A stretch of 64,000 bases of DNA, taken from the IMG/VR virus record IMGVR_UViG_3300048552_000127; one strand, 5' to 3'. Of this stretch, positions 35,642-45,921 are shown one piece after another. Within the stretch, counting starts at the first letter, position 1, and each line of letters begins with the position of its first letter. A program made the translations under genes and the position numbers. The notes beneath the pieces are model-generated. The model worked only from the letters and a program-made list of their open reading frames with translations. It was not told the origin of the DNA and ran no database searches. This DNA comes from an uncultured virus (IMG/VR IMGVR_UViG_3300048552_000127) (taxonomy: Duplodnaviria; Heunggongvirae; Uroviricota; Caudoviricetes).

Positions 35642-37528
35642 ATGACAGAAGAAAGAGACAATGGTGTAATACTAGGTCATCACGAATGCCCTGATTGCGG
35701 CTCTAATGATAATCTAGTAGTATATGAGAAGCCAGATGGCAGTGTTGATGGGTATTGCTATAGTCCAAATTGTATAAGTCCTAGCGGTAAAATAGGCTTC
35801 AAAAGTAATAATGAGCTATACAAAACATACCTAAAAGATGAATATGATATAAGAAGAATAGATAGGAGTAAAAAGAGAGTGGTAGCAGATGATAAACCAG
35901 CACGTAAGCGTACTACTAAGGTTGCTAAGGAGAAGAAAGCAATCACTCCAGAAGAGAAAGCATCTGTACATAAGCAATCATCTATTAAAGGTGGTGGCTA
36001 CCGTAATGTATTAGACAAGTACAATAAGAAATTAGGTATTCGTACATCTTTCTCAGATTCAGGCGGGGTAGAGTATCGTTGGTATCCAGTGACAGAAGGA
36101 AAGACTGAGGAAGGTAAGCCTAATTTGGTTGGATATAAGAAGCGTATATGTGCTACTAAGGATTTCCGTTATGTAGGTAAAGGGTCTGGAGATGTAGACT
36201 TATTTAATCAGTGGAATTGTAGTGGAAATGGTAAGAGGTTGGTTCTGGTCGGCGGCGAGGAAGACACCTTAGCGGCTGTACAAATGATTGAGGAATACAG
36301 AAAGACTAGCAAGAATGCAGCACCTGTTGATGTTGTATCTAGTAGTATTGGGGAAGGCTCAATAGATAAGCAATGTCAGTTAAATTATGATTTCTTAGAT
36401 GGATACGAGAGTATTATTATATCCTTAGATGCTGATACGGCTGGGGAGAATGCCACTGAGAAGTTAATCAAAGTATTACCACCTAGTAAAGTTAAAGTGA
36501 TGCAACAACCAAGTGGCTCGAAAGATCCTAGCGATGCTTTGCAGAACGGAGATGAAGAACAATGGGTTAGATTATTATATGCTGCAACTAAACCCAAGAT
36601 AGCTGGTATTGTATCTTCACTAGATGTACACCAACGTCTATTAGATATTTGTGATATACCTGTAATACCATTACCTCCTTTTATGAAGAAAGCTAATAAC
36701 ATGCTTTGCGGAGGATTGCCAAGGGGAGAGATTGTTAATATCCTAGCTGGCAGCGGTATTGGTAAAACAACTATGGTTAATGAGTTTGTATATTTCTGGA
36801 TACGTAATAGCCCAGCTAAGGTTGGTATATTATCTATGGAAGCTGGTAGCGGCAAGTACTGGGAGAAGCTATTATCTAGGCACTTGGGAGAGAATATAGG
36901 ACGTATGGGGGATGTAGATGAAGATGGTAACTACTTACCTACCAGAGATACTAAAAGAGAGTATCTAAGTAGGCCAGAAGTATTAGAAGCTGTAGATAAC
37001 TTAGTTTCTAAAGATGGAGAGGAAACTTTCTCACTTATTGATGAGAGAGGGGATTTAGAGACTATACAATCTGTAAAACAAATGATAACACGTCTTATAG
37101 TAGGCTGTGGATGCTCTATTATTGTAGTTGATCCCGTTCAAGATGTACTAGACTCATTGCCTATTGAAGTACAAGCTGAGTTTTGTGGTTGGCTAAAGAA
37201 GATGAAGTCTAAAGGGACTACATTTATCCTTATTAATCACTCAAGGAAAGGAGCTGGGGGTACTAAGTCAGCATCAAGAGGCGCAGAACTAGATGAACAA
37301 GATATGCAAGGTACGTCTGCATTGTTTAAGTCAGGTGCAGTTAATATCATCTTGAACCGTGATAAAGAACATGAAGATGCAGAAGAGAGAAATACTACCA
37401 CTGTACGTATCTCAAAGAATAGAGATGCAGCAGAAACAGGCGGTGCAGGTGGTATTTATTATGAGTTTAAGACGCACATTCTATACGATAAAGATGTGTG
37501 GTCTGAGTCACAAATAGAGGGGTATTAA
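35642..37528 (+). CDS. DNA primase-helicase (T7 gp4-like)
   Basis: Zn finger CPDC...CYSPNC, TOPRIM GGEED / DAD..G, Walker A AGSGIGKTT, IVVDP, KNR. Confidence 0.93.
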   Translation: MTEERDNGVILGHHECPDCGSNDNLVVYEKPDGSVDGYCYSPNCISPSGKIGFKSNNELYKTYLKDEYDIRRIDRSKKRVVADDKPARKRTTKVAKEKKAITPEEKASVHKQSSIKGGGYRNVLDKYNKKLGIRTSFSDSGGVEYRWYPVTEGKTEEGKPNLVGYKKRICATKDFRYVGKGSGDVDLFNQWNCSGNGKRLVLVGGEEDTLAAVQMIEEYRKTSKNAAPVDVVSSSIGEGSIDKQCQLNYDFLDGYESIIISLDADTAGENATEKLIKVLPPSKVKVMQQPSGSKDPSDALQNGDEEQWVRLLYAATKPKIAGIVSSLDVHQRLLDICDIPVIPLPPFMKKANNMLCGGLPRGEIVNILAGSGIGKTTMVNEFVYFWIRNSPAKVGILSMEAGSGKYWEKLLSRHLGENIGRMGDVDEDGNYLPTRDTKREYLSRPEVLEAVDNLVSKDGEETFSLIDERGDLETIQSVKQMITRLIVGCGCSIIVVDPVQDVLDSLPIEVQAEFCGWLKKMKSKGTTFILINHSRKGAGGTKSASRGAELDEQDMQGTSALFKSGAVNIILNRDKEHEDAEERNTTTVRISKNRDAAETGGAGGIYYEFKTHILYDKDVWSESQIEGY

Positions 37529-37532
37529 ATAA

Positions 37533-40286
37533 ATGCGTTACGTCTTTGATATTGAAGCAACTGGATTATTAGATGATTCTACAATAGATTATACATCTAG
37601 TCCTTATGTCTTACGTCCTAACTTCAATATTCATTGTATTGTTGTTCAGGATATTGATTCAGATAGATTATTATGTTTCTATGATGGAGAAACGTATACA
37701 TTTGATGGAAGAGAACACAGCGAAGTAGTAGAGGGTATTACATACTCATTGTCAGATTACAAGCCAGTGACTTATGAGCATAGGCAACTAAAAGAATTTA
37801 AACAGTTTGTATTGGATAATCCTGATTCAGAAGTTATTGGGCATAATATTTTAGGATATGATCTATTAGCACTTAAACTAACTGATAATATGGACTATAC
37901 AGTTAAGCACGGACTGGAAGGTACAGATACTTGGTGTGGTCTTGATATGACCTTCTCTGATACTATGATAATGAGCAAGGTATTTAACGCTGACCGTGTA
38001 GGCTCACACTCATTAGATAACTTAGCTAAATTAACTAAGAAAGATGAGAAGTTCGAGTTCCGCAAAGGGATGAAAAAAGATGACAAGTTTAAACACTTTG
38101 CTGGAGATATGGTGTACTATTGTCTGAGAGATGGCATTGCAAATAAAAATGTTTATAACTACCTCAAGTGGGAAGAAAGTTTAGACGATTGGAATTGGAA
38201 ACCTGCTCTATGTTTAGAACACAAAATTATGGAAATAGTTACCAGATCCTCCCACAGAGGATTTGCATTCGATAAAGACTTAGCTGAGAAGTGCATCAAA
38301 GAATTGGATGAATTAATGCAGGAGCGTAAGGATATTGTAGAACCCTTACTCCCTCCACGTAAAGCTACTAAGAAATTCTTAGGGGATCATACACCGCCTA
38401 AGAGTCAGATATTAGAGAAGGATGTGAATATTCCTGCTAGCTTCTTATCTAAAACTAACTTAGAGATAACTAAAACTGGACTCACTTGGTTAGAAAGAAA
38501 TAATGCACAATATGACGAAGATACATACACTATCACTGTAAAAGGTAATAAAATTAAGCGAGATAGTGCAGAAGGATTTCCAAAAGTAGGATATACAGAG
38601 AAAACTATTTCAGCTAATATGAAAAACTTTGTTACTAAACACGGTGGCAGTTGGGATGAAGATAAACTCACTATTAATGTGTTTGGAAAGGAGATGAAGC
38701 TGCCTATTGATGTAGTACCTTTGAAGGATACTATGCCAATGAGAATTAGTGACAGTAGTGCTATTAAAGAGTGGTTAGTTAGTTTAGGTTGGAGTCCTTC
38801 ATCTTATACTATGAATGATATAACACTTAAATCTGGAACTAAAATTAAGAGGACTCCAGAAGAGTTAGATAAGGCAGTAGATCGTTATGTTATGGAAACG
38901 TTGGAATCTCAGTTCTGTAAAGACAGGTGTGAACATTTAAAAGCTAGACCAACTTATCATAGCCTCAGAAGTAAGATTATGAAGAAAGCTGAGAAATATG
39001 GTTGTAAAGTATTAACCAGCCCTAGTCTAACAGTAGGTGCTGATAAGGAGCTATGCCCAGTGTTGGAAAGAATTTCTGAGGAATTTTCAGAAGTAAAAAA
39101 CATCGTTGAACATGGAACTTTTAAACACAGACGTAATTCTATACTAGGAGGTGGTGCAGCTTGGGAAGATGGTGAGGAAGCAGATAAAGGGTTCTTAGCT
39201 AAGATTAGAGCAGATGGTAGAATAAGTACAGATTGTGATACTATGGGGGCTGGAACTGGACGTATGCGTCATAAAGGTGTGGTTAATGTACCACGTGTAT
39301 CCTCCTTGTATGGTAAGAACATGAGAGCTTTATTTAAAGTTGCAGATAATTGTTTTAAAGTAGGTGCGGATTTTGCCAGTTTAGAGGCACGAGGCGAAGG
39401 GCATTATTGTCATCGTTACGATGTAGAAGGTAAACCCTATTGTGAATCTCTTACACTATCACAGCCTTTTGATGTACATACAATCACTTCTCAAGATATT
39501 AGTAAGGTATTAGGAAAACCATTTGGAAGAACACCAGCTAAAAGTGTTAAATATGGTTTGACATTTGGTGCAATGGCTGCTAAGATAGCAGTTATGTTAG
39601 GTGTAGATTTAAAAACAGCAGAGGGTATTGTTGATGCTTTCTGGGATTCAGCCAAACCATTGTCAGATTTAAAGTCTGCTGTAGAGAAATGGTGGAATAG
39701 TAAAGGTAAGAAGTATATTATAGGCTTAGATGGTAGACGTGTACCTACACGTTTTCAACATGCCTTACTAAACTCTTTATTTCAAAGTTTTGGAGCTATT
39801 GCAACTAAGACTATGGCAGTATTCTATGATAAGTTATTACTAGATGAAGGTTTAATGGTAGACTTCTTTAAGGATGATTGGGCTAATATGTCATACGCAC
39901 AATTAATGATTATCATGCACGATGAAGTGGCTATGGAGGAGACTAAATCTAACTTTAAATGGAAGAAGTTTAATAGTGAAGAAAAAGCCTTGACATTTAT
40001 AGAAGAAGATGATAAGATATGGAGTGAGGTTATACATGGTAAGAATAATAAATACTATGTAAATGATGTAGTGTTTAGTAGTAGGAAGAAGGCTAAAGGT
40101 TATATTAAAGAACATTCTTTAGATAGTGAAGTAGTACAAGATGATAATAATACTTATCACATAGGATACAGCAGAGCTAGCGAATTAATACATACTGCTG
40201 TAAATATGACTAATGAACATTTTAAACTTAAAGTACCGTTAGAGATGGGATATGTCGTCGGTTTAGATTGGTCTATGACACATTAA
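37533..40286 (+). CDS. polA: DNA polymerase, family A
   Basis: Exo VFDIEATG, GHNILGYD; motif A DFASLEAR, motif B R..AKSVKYG, motif C MHDE. Confidence 0.95.
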   Translation: MRYVFDIEATGLLDDSTIDYTSSPYVLRPNFNIHCIVVQDIDSDRLLCFYDGETYTFDGREHSEVVEGITYSLSDYKPVTYEHRQLKEFKQFVLDNPDSEVIGHNILGYDLLALKLTDNMDYTVKHGLEGTDTWCGLDMTFSDTMIMSKVFNADRVGSHSLDNLAKLTKKDEKFEFRKGMKKDDKFKHFAGDMVYYCLRDGIANKNVYNYLKWEESLDDWNWKPALCLEHKIMEIVTRSSHRGFAFDKDLAEKCIKELDELMQERKDIVEPLLPPRKATKKFLGDHTPPKSQILEKDVNIPASFLSKTNLEITKTGLTWLERNNAQYDEDTYTITVKGNKIKRDSAEGFPKVGYTEKTISANMKNFVTKHGGSWDEDKLTINVFGKEMKLPIDVVPLKDTMPMRISDSSAIKEWLVSLGWSPSSYTMNDITLKSGTKIKRTPEELDKAVDRYVMETLESQFCKDRCEHLKARPTYHSLRSKIMKKAEKYGCKVLTSPSLTVGADKELCPVLERISEEFSEVKNIVEHGTFKHRRNSILGGGAAWEDGEEADKGFLAKIRADGRISTDCDTMGAGTGRMRHKGVVNVPRVSSLYGKNMRALFKVADNCFKVGADFASLEARGEGHYCHRYDVEGKPYCESLTLSQPFDVHTITSQDISKVLGKPFGRTPAKSVKYGLTFGAMAAKIAVMLGVDLKTAEGIVDAFWDSAKPLSDLKSAVEKWWNSKGKKYIIGLDGRRVPTRFQHALLNSLFQSFGAIATKTMAVFYDKLLLDEGLMVDFFKDDWANMSYAQLMIIMHDEVAMEETKSNFKWKKFNSEEKALTFIEEDDKIWSEVIHGKNNKYYVNDVVFSSRKKAKGYIKEHSLDSEVVQDDNNTYHIGYSRASELIHTAVNMTNEHFKLKVPLEMGYVVGLDWSMTH

Positions 40287-40297
40287 TGGGTTAATAT

Positions 40298-40990
40298 ATG
40301 GGTAAGAAATTAGAATTAAAAGGTCAGACTTTTGGTAGGTTAACAGTTATTAAAGAAGAACCTGTAAGAAGTAATGATGGTAAAGTTAAGTGGTTTTGTA
40401 AATGCGACTGTGGTAATAATACAAGTACTACTGGTAAAGATCTAAAAAGTGGAGACACAAAGTCTTGTGGGTGTTTAGTAAAGGAGTGGGCTAGTAAGTC
40501 AGCCACAATAAGAAATACCACACATGGGTTGTGTGAACACCCTTTATACATTATATGGAGAGGTATGAGGGTTAGGTGTTATAAAAAGTGGAGCAAAAAC
40601 TATAAAAATTATGGAGATAGGGGTATAACAGTGTGTGACTCTTGGGAAGAGGATTTCATAAACTTCTACAACGATATGTTGTTGGGGTATAAGGAGGGGT
40701 TGCAATTAGATAGGGTAGATAATGATAAGGGTTATTATAAAGAGAATTGTAGGTGGGTGACTAACCAACAGAATCAGACGAATAAGGGATCAAAAATAGG
40801 GTCAACATCCAAGTATAAAGGTGTTTGTTGGTATAGAGGTGGTAATAGATGGTTAGCACAAATATATAAAGACGGTAAACATTATCACTTAGGTACATTC
40901 AAATGTGAACACGAAGCAGCCAAAGCTTACAACACTAAAGCATTGACACTCAACAGCGAATACGCTTACTTAAATAAAATAGAGGATTAG
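40298..40990 (+). CDS. HNH homing endonuclease with AP2-like domain
   Basis: Paralogue of 8175-8840: WFCKCDCG, KSCGC, LDRVDNDKGY, SKYKGV. Confidence 0.88.
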   Translation: MGKKLELKGQTFGRLTVIKEEPVRSNDGKVKWFCKCDCGNNTSTTGKDLKSGDTKSCGCLVKEWASKSATIRNTTHGLCEHPLYIIWRGMRVRCYKKWSKNYKNYGDRGITVCDSWEEDFINFYNDMLLGYKEGLQLDRVDNDKGYYKENCRWVTNQQNQTNKGSKIGSTSKYKGVCWYRGGNRWLAQIYKDGKHYHLGTFKCEHEAAKAYNTKALTLNSEYAYLNKIED

Positions 40991-40995
40991 ATAAA

Positions 40996-41343
40996 ATGAG
41001 TATATTAGCAGTAACACAGAATGATATAGGACGAGTAATAGTAGACAGGGATGATAATTCAGAGTATAAGATAACAAGAGTAGACTTAGGAAGTGTATTA
41101 GCAGTAAGAGAAACCCATCTTTATAATTTAACTCATTCAAAAATACCTATTACAGATTTTCATAAGTTCTACTTTAAATATGAAGGGTCTGATATTACTA
41201 ACACCCAAAACCAACGTAAAGTAGCAGCTAAACAATTACGCGATGCTTACGATAAATGTAGAGGATTAGATATGGGAGTATTTGTAGATGAAGTTGACTT
41301 AGGATTGTATATTACTTATGATGCCCCAGTGGAGGATTATTAG
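40996..41343 (+). CDS. Hypothetical protein
   Basis: 115 aa. Confidence 0.6.
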   Translation: MSILAVTQNDIGRVIVDRDDNSEYKITRVDLGSVLAVRETHLYNLTHSKIPITDFHKFYFKYEGSDITNTQNQRKVAAKQLRDAYDKCRGLDMGVFVDEVDLGLYITYDAPVEDY

Positions 41344-41565
41344 ATGACTAAGAAATATATCAGTGTAGTATTTCAATACGAAGATGGGGCTAACTTACCA
41401 AGCAATTTAGTAACAGCTTTCAGTAGCTTCTCTAAGGAATATGAGGATTGTATTGTGTATGATACATGTGAAGGTAATGTTATTGATGAACACAGTAGAA
41501 TGTTAGAAGTATTTGATAATATGCCAATTGATTTAGAAGAATTACTAGGAGAGTATGATGAGTAA
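41344..41565 (+). CDS. Hypothetical acidic protein
   Basis: 73 aa. Confidence 0.6.
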   Translation: MTKKYISVVFQYEDGANLPSNLVTAFSSFSKEYEDCIVYDTCEGNVIDEHSRMLEVFDNMPIDLEELLGEYDE

Positions 41566-41809
41566 ATATCAAGTAGGGGATAAGTTTAATGCTACATTAG
41601 TGATAACGTACTTTGATGAAGAGGACGACGAGATTGGTTTTAAGGTGAAAGAGCTGAGTACTAAGGTACAAGCCGCCGAAATAGCAGATTATTTCACACA
41701 AGATGAAGTGTCAGAAACATTTGATCCAAACTATAAGGAAAGAATGAAGCAATTACGTATTAAAGAATTAGAGAAAGAATTAATTAAATTGAAAGGAGAA
41801 GATAAATGA
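41555..41809 (+). CDS. Hypothetical protein
   Basis: 84 aa. Confidence 0.6.
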   Translation: MMSKYQVGDKFNATLVITYFDEEDDEIGFKVKELSTKVQAAEIADYFTQDEVSETFDPNYKERMKQLRIKELEKELIKLKGEDK

Positions 41810-42003
41810 GTGACAACTACATAGCGCAAGTTCCCATCAACGGGTATGAACTAGAACAAGGAAGTCAAGTGGGATTAGAGTTAACATTTGCTTGGCTATC
41901 ACGTCAACTTAAATTAGGCGGTAAACTTAGACGTAATGAAATGATTAGTCAGATTAATATTAAAGAAGATGGTGTAGTATTATTTGTAAAACCAGAGAAG
42001 TAG
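41806..42003 (+). CDS. Hypothetical protein
   Basis: 65 aa. Confidence 0.55.
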   Translation: MSDNYIAQVPINGYELEQGSQVGLELTFAWLSRQLKLGGKLRRNEMISQINIKEDGVVLFVKPEK

Positions 42004-42030
42004 TAAACAATTAAATTAAGAGGAAATAAC

Positions 42031-42279
42031 ATGAAAACTAGGGTGATGGGTATTTTACTGGTAGCAGGTTTAGCTACAGGCTGTAGCGATGGTATATTCA
42101 CTACAGCAACTACTAACCCACTGGTAAGTCCAGATTATAACTACGAGATTGATACTTGGGGTGCTAATTCAGAAGTATATGAGTTCACACCAAAATCAGA
42201 TGTAACTAAAACTTGTGTTTTTGTCATGTTAGATAACGCAATAGCTATAAGTATGCAATGTTTTAACAAAACACTATAA
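42031..42279 (+). CDS. Lipoprotein
   Basis: Signal peptide with lipobox LATGC. Confidence 0.7.
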   Translation: MKTRVMGILLVAGLATGCSDGIFTTATTNPLVSPDYNYEIDTWGANSEVYEFTPKSDVTKTCVFVMLDNAIAISMQCFNKTL

Positions 42280-42310
42280 ACAATTAAATTAAACTAAGAG
42301 GAAATGTAAA

Positions 42311-43405
42311 ATGGCTTTAAAGAAAACACAACAACAGTCTGAAGGCACTGGCATTGATTATAACTTTCTACATAGTCAAGTAGAAGATGATACACATGAA
42401 GGCCGTATCTCTGTAATTATTGATGCTGGAATGCAGAAAGCTAAAACCACTGTATATGGTATTGGTATGAATAAGGATAATGTCAACTACTTCACATCGC
42501 GTGATGATGCTATTGATTATGTAAATGATGCGGTGGATTTAATGGGTGAGTGGGTTGCAGAGAACGAAGGCTACACTGATGAACCAGAGGAAGTTCCTGC
42601 TACAGAAGAGATTATAACTAAGCATAATTTAAAAGATGTAGAAGTGGATGATACATTATACCGCGTAGATTTTAACATTGTAACACCTAAAGACCGCGAG
42701 GAGATTATCTATGCTGTAGACTTAGTAGATACACGTGTACAATATAAAGAGGACGATGATAAAACTCTACAATTCCGTGTATGGCTAAATCAACTAGACT
42801 TTATGACTAGAGAGATGAAAGGCTTCTCTACTAAGTTTGCTCCTCCTAAGAAGAAAGGTGCAGCTTGGACATTTGCTCCTGCATCTATGCACACTAAGCT
42901 AGCAGAGGCTACAGGTAACAAAGGTGTTATTGATCCTTCACATGCTGATTTCGGTGATCTAAGTTTATTCCTAAATAAACCAGTAGGCGTACAGACCACT
43001 CAGAAAGAGTCTAGCAGCAATGGTAAGGATTATATCAACTTAAAGACCTCCACGCCTACTAGACTGCCTAAGAAAGTATTAGACTTAGGTGTTACAGAGT
43101 TAGATTGCACACCAGAAGCTATTGGCTTTGAAGACGCTACAGTAGAACAGTTGAAGAATGTCATGCCTAATAAGAAAGTATTAGACAAGATTAAATCTGC
43201 TGTAAACTACGAAGGTTCTCAGATGCAGAAAGCTATTGAAGAATATGAGGCTTCACGTAATCAAGGTGAGACTAAAGATAAAGAGGAAGACGATGCGAAG
43301 GTTGAAGAAGCTCAGGAAGCAAAGAAGCCAGCAAAAGTTAAGGCTCAGAAGGCTAAGCCTGAGGAAGTAGTCGAAGAGGAAGATGGGGATGATTCTCCCT
43401 TTTAA
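42311..43405 (+). CDS. Putative single-stranded DNA-binding protein
   Basis: In the replication module; acidic tail ending EEEDGDDSPF; hairpin downstream. Confidence 0.6.
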   Translation: MALKKTQQQSEGTGIDYNFLHSQVEDDTHEGRISVIIDAGMQKAKTTVYGIGMNKDNVNYFTSRDDAIDYVNDAVDLMGEWVAENEGYTDEPEEVPATEEIITKHNLKDVEVDDTLYRVDFNIVTPKDREEIIYAVDLVDTRVQYKEDDDKTLQFRVWLNQLDFMTREMKGFSTKFAPPKKKGAAWTFAPASMHTKLAEATGNKGVIDPSHADFGDLSLFLNKPVGVQTTQKESSSNGKDYINLKTSTPTRLPKKVLDLGVTELDCTPEAIGFEDATVEQLKNVMPNKKVLDKIKSAVNYEGSQMQKAIEEYEASRNQGETKDKEEDDAKVEEAQEAKKPAKVKAQKAKPEEVVEEEDGDDSPF

Positions 43406-43459
43406 TTTAATAATTAGCTAATAGATAGAAGAGGGTGTGAAAGCCCTCTAGGATTAATT

Positions 43460-44662
43460 ATGGCACTAATAGTAAAGAACAAAGATAGCAGAATTAAGCA
43501 ATTCCCTAATAGTAAGATTACGGCTATTCTGGATACAGATTGGTGCTGCTACACCGTGGCATCTGTAGGGGATGACTTATACATAGAAGCTACACACATT
43601 AAGTCAGGAAAGAAGAAAGAGTTTAAGAATGTCACTGAGTTCAGAGGTGTAGGCAAGAAGATAGGCGGTTGGTTAGGAGAGGTTAATGAACAAAGAGAGG
43701 CAGAAGGTAAATCCCTATTCACTTTAGAAGACTTCACTACGGAGCAGAAGCAAAGACGTAGAAAGGAATATGAGAGTAAAGAGATAGCTAAAAAAGATGT
43801 TGCAAAATACAAGAAGGATGGTTGGGAATGTGTAAGCAAAGGTAAAGACCTTTTTGATGCACGTAGGCAGCTTACAGATGATGAAGCACTTGTAAGATTA
43901 TACTATTCAGCTAAGACAACAGTATTGAAAGCATTAGAGGATCTAGGTACGCATAAGTATGAGTCTTACTTAGGGAAATCTGGTAAATACAGAGAGAACA
44001 TATCTACACTAATGCAATACAAGGGTAATCGTAAGGATACGCTTAAACCTTTAACTATGAAAGAAGTTACTGAATACTTAGAAGGTGCTTTCAACTCACA
44101 ACCTGTGTATAACATTGAGAACGATGATAAGGTTGTTATGAGAGCTTATGGTGATCCTAATGCTGTGATAGTAGGAGAGGACAAAGATTTCTATGGACAA
44201 CCAATCAAGTTCTTTAATGCCAATAAACCACATGAAGGTGTTATTGATGGAGATTGCTTTGGTAAGTTATGGAGAGATGCTAAGAATAAGAAAGTTAGAG
44301 GTTATGGCAGATTATTCTTATATTGGCAGATGTTAGCTGGAGATGCCTCTGATAACTATAAAGCTAATTGCATGTCTGATATCAAATATGGAGATATAGC
44401 CGCATATGATGACTTATCTGAATGTAAAGATGATAAAGAAGCCTTGACAAAAGTTATTGAAGTATTTAAGAGGTTATATCCAGAGCCTAAAGTAGTGAAG
44501 AGTTGGCGTGGACAGGAGATGATGGTTGATTGGCTTTATGTAGTGCGTGAACAGTTTAAGTTAGTTTCAATGCTACGTTTCGAGGGGGACTCTAGGACGT
44601 TTGATACTGAACTCGCTCTCTATGGAGTAGAGTACAAATATGCGGAGACTGATTTTGAGTAA
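43460..44662 (+). CDS. 5'-3' exonuclease (T7 gp6/FEN-like)
   Basis: LDTD, YKGNR, ENDD, EDKD, QMLAGDASDNY. Confidence 0.85.
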   Translation: MALIVKNKDSRIKQFPNSKITAILDTDWCCYTVASVGDDLYIEATHIKSGKKKEFKNVTEFRGVGKKIGGWLGEVNEQREAEGKSLFTLEDFTTEQKQRRRKEYESKEIAKKDVAKYKKDGWECVSKGKDLFDARRQLTDDEALVRLYYSAKTTVLKALEDLGTHKYESYLGKSGKYRENISTLMQYKGNRKDTLKPLTMKEVTEYLEGAFNSQPVYNIENDDKVVMRAYGDPNAVIVGEDKDFYGQPIKFFNANKPHEGVIDGDCFGKLWRDAKNKKVRGYGRLFLYWQMLAGDASDNYKANCMSDIKYGDIAAYDDLSECKDDKEALTKVIEVFKRLYPEPKVVKSWRGQEMMVDWLYVVREQFKLVSMLRFEGDSRTFDTELALYGVEYKYAETDFE

Positions 44663-44837
44663 AGTGTTACCTAAAAGTGGGGATATATTCGGAGAACTTT
44701 TACTACTAGATAAGGATAAAGGGTGTACAATAAGGGATACTGAAGAGCATCCTAATATATGTAAATCATATAAAGGCGGTTATGAATATAGTTACACGTG
44801 TAATGAAGATATTAATATAATAGCGAGGAGTGTTTAA
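44640..44837 (+). CDS. Hypothetical protein
   Basis: 65 aa. Confidence 0.45.
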   Translation: MRRLILSKVLPKSGDIFGELLLLDKDKGCTIRDTEEHPNICKSYKGGYEYSYTCNEDINIIARSV

Positions 44838-45205
44838 TGGATAATGTAAAATTAGAGCAAGAGTTTTCAACAATGGTGGCTAAGTTAGCTAAAGATGGAG
44901 CTGATATATTAAAAGAGATGACTCCAGAACAGGCACATTTATTACACATGGGAATCGGAGTTACTGGAGAGGCGGGAGAATTATTAGATGCAATTAAGAA
45001 ACATGTCATCTACCAAAAACCATTAGATATAGAGAATATTATTGAAGAGGTTGGAGATATATATTTCTACCTAGAGGGGATTCACAGTGGAGTTAACTTT
45101 AGTAGGCGTACAGCTTTAGAGAAGAATCAAGAGAAGTTAGGATTACGTTATGCTAAAGGTAGTTATAGTAATGACCAAGCTAAAGAGAGGGCTGATAAGG
45201 TATGA
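44837..45205 (+). CDS. MazG-like NTP pyrophosphohydrolase
   Basis: GEAGELLDAIKK...EEVGDI..Y...N..KL..RY. Confidence 0.85.
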   Translation: MDNVKLEQEFSTMVAKLAKDGADILKEMTPEQAHLLHMGIGVTGEAGELLDAIKKHVIYQKPLDIENIIEEVGDIYFYLEGIHSGVNFSRRTALEKNQEKLGLRYAKGSYSNDQAKERADKV

Positions 45206-45720
45206 GTAATCCTTGGGAGTTATACCCGCACATCTGGAAAACTAAAGCATCTTTCTTTAGTTATGTAAGAGGAGGATTAAGGCGCGCTTTATGGGAGAAA
45301 TACCCAGTTAAATTAGAGTTTAAGAAGGAGCAATTAAAACCCCCTCCTATTGGATATGAAGGTAGAGCTAAGTCTGGAACTAAGTGTGCATTAACTGGAG
45401 AATGGACGGGAAACTCTAAACTAGAAGTAGATCACATAGAAGGGAATGCAAGCGTAAATGATTGGGATGATATTTTACCATTCGTACAACACTTATGTAC
45501 AGTTAAAGATAACATGCAACTGGTCGAGAAGGAAGCTCATAAAATTAAGAGTTATGCAGATAAACATGGACTTACATTTGAAGAAGCTAAAGTAATTAAA
45601 GAAGCTATCAGTATTTGTAAAGGAGATGAGAAAGAGTGGCTTATTAGTAAAGGATTTATCCCAGAAGGTAACGCTAAGAAACGTAGAACGCAAGTTGAAG
45701 ATTATTTAAGAGTAGTGTAA
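45202..45720 (+). CDS. HNH-type endonuclease
   Basis: CALTG...EVDHIEG...NMQLV...H..KS. Confidence 0.75.
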   Translation: MSNPWELYPHIWKTKASFFSYVRGGLRRALWEKYPVKLEFKKEQLKPPPIGYEGRAKSGTKCALTGEWTGNSKLEVDHIEGNASVNDWDDILPFVQHLCTVKDNMQLVEKEAHKIKSYADKHGLTFEEAKVIKEAISICKGDEKEWLISKGFIPEGNAKKRRTQVEDYLRVV

Positions 45721-45722
45721 TT

Positions 45723-45920
45723 ATGTCGGAAAGTATTAATATTGTTAAAGAAGCGGAGGTTGAAATAGTTGTAGCTTCTGTAACAATAGCAGATCATTTT
45801 GATGTTGATTTTAAAATAACAAAATACAATGGGGAATTATACATAGATGCAGAGTTAACAGAAAATATTGCCATAGATTTCCTAGAAGATTTAGGTTACA
45901 CAATAACTAAAGAGAATTAA
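45723..45920 (+). CDS. Hypothetical acidic protein
   Basis: 65 aa. Confidence 0.55.
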   Translation: MSESINIVKEAEVEIVVASVTIADHFDVDFKITKYNGELYIDAELTENIAIDFLEDLGYTITKEN

Positions 45921-45921
45921 T

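Noticed and set aside
37533..40990. Group I intron or intein in polA associated with the adjacent HNH
   Set aside because: polA is one continuous ORF with motifs A, B and C in order; the HNH gene starts after its stop
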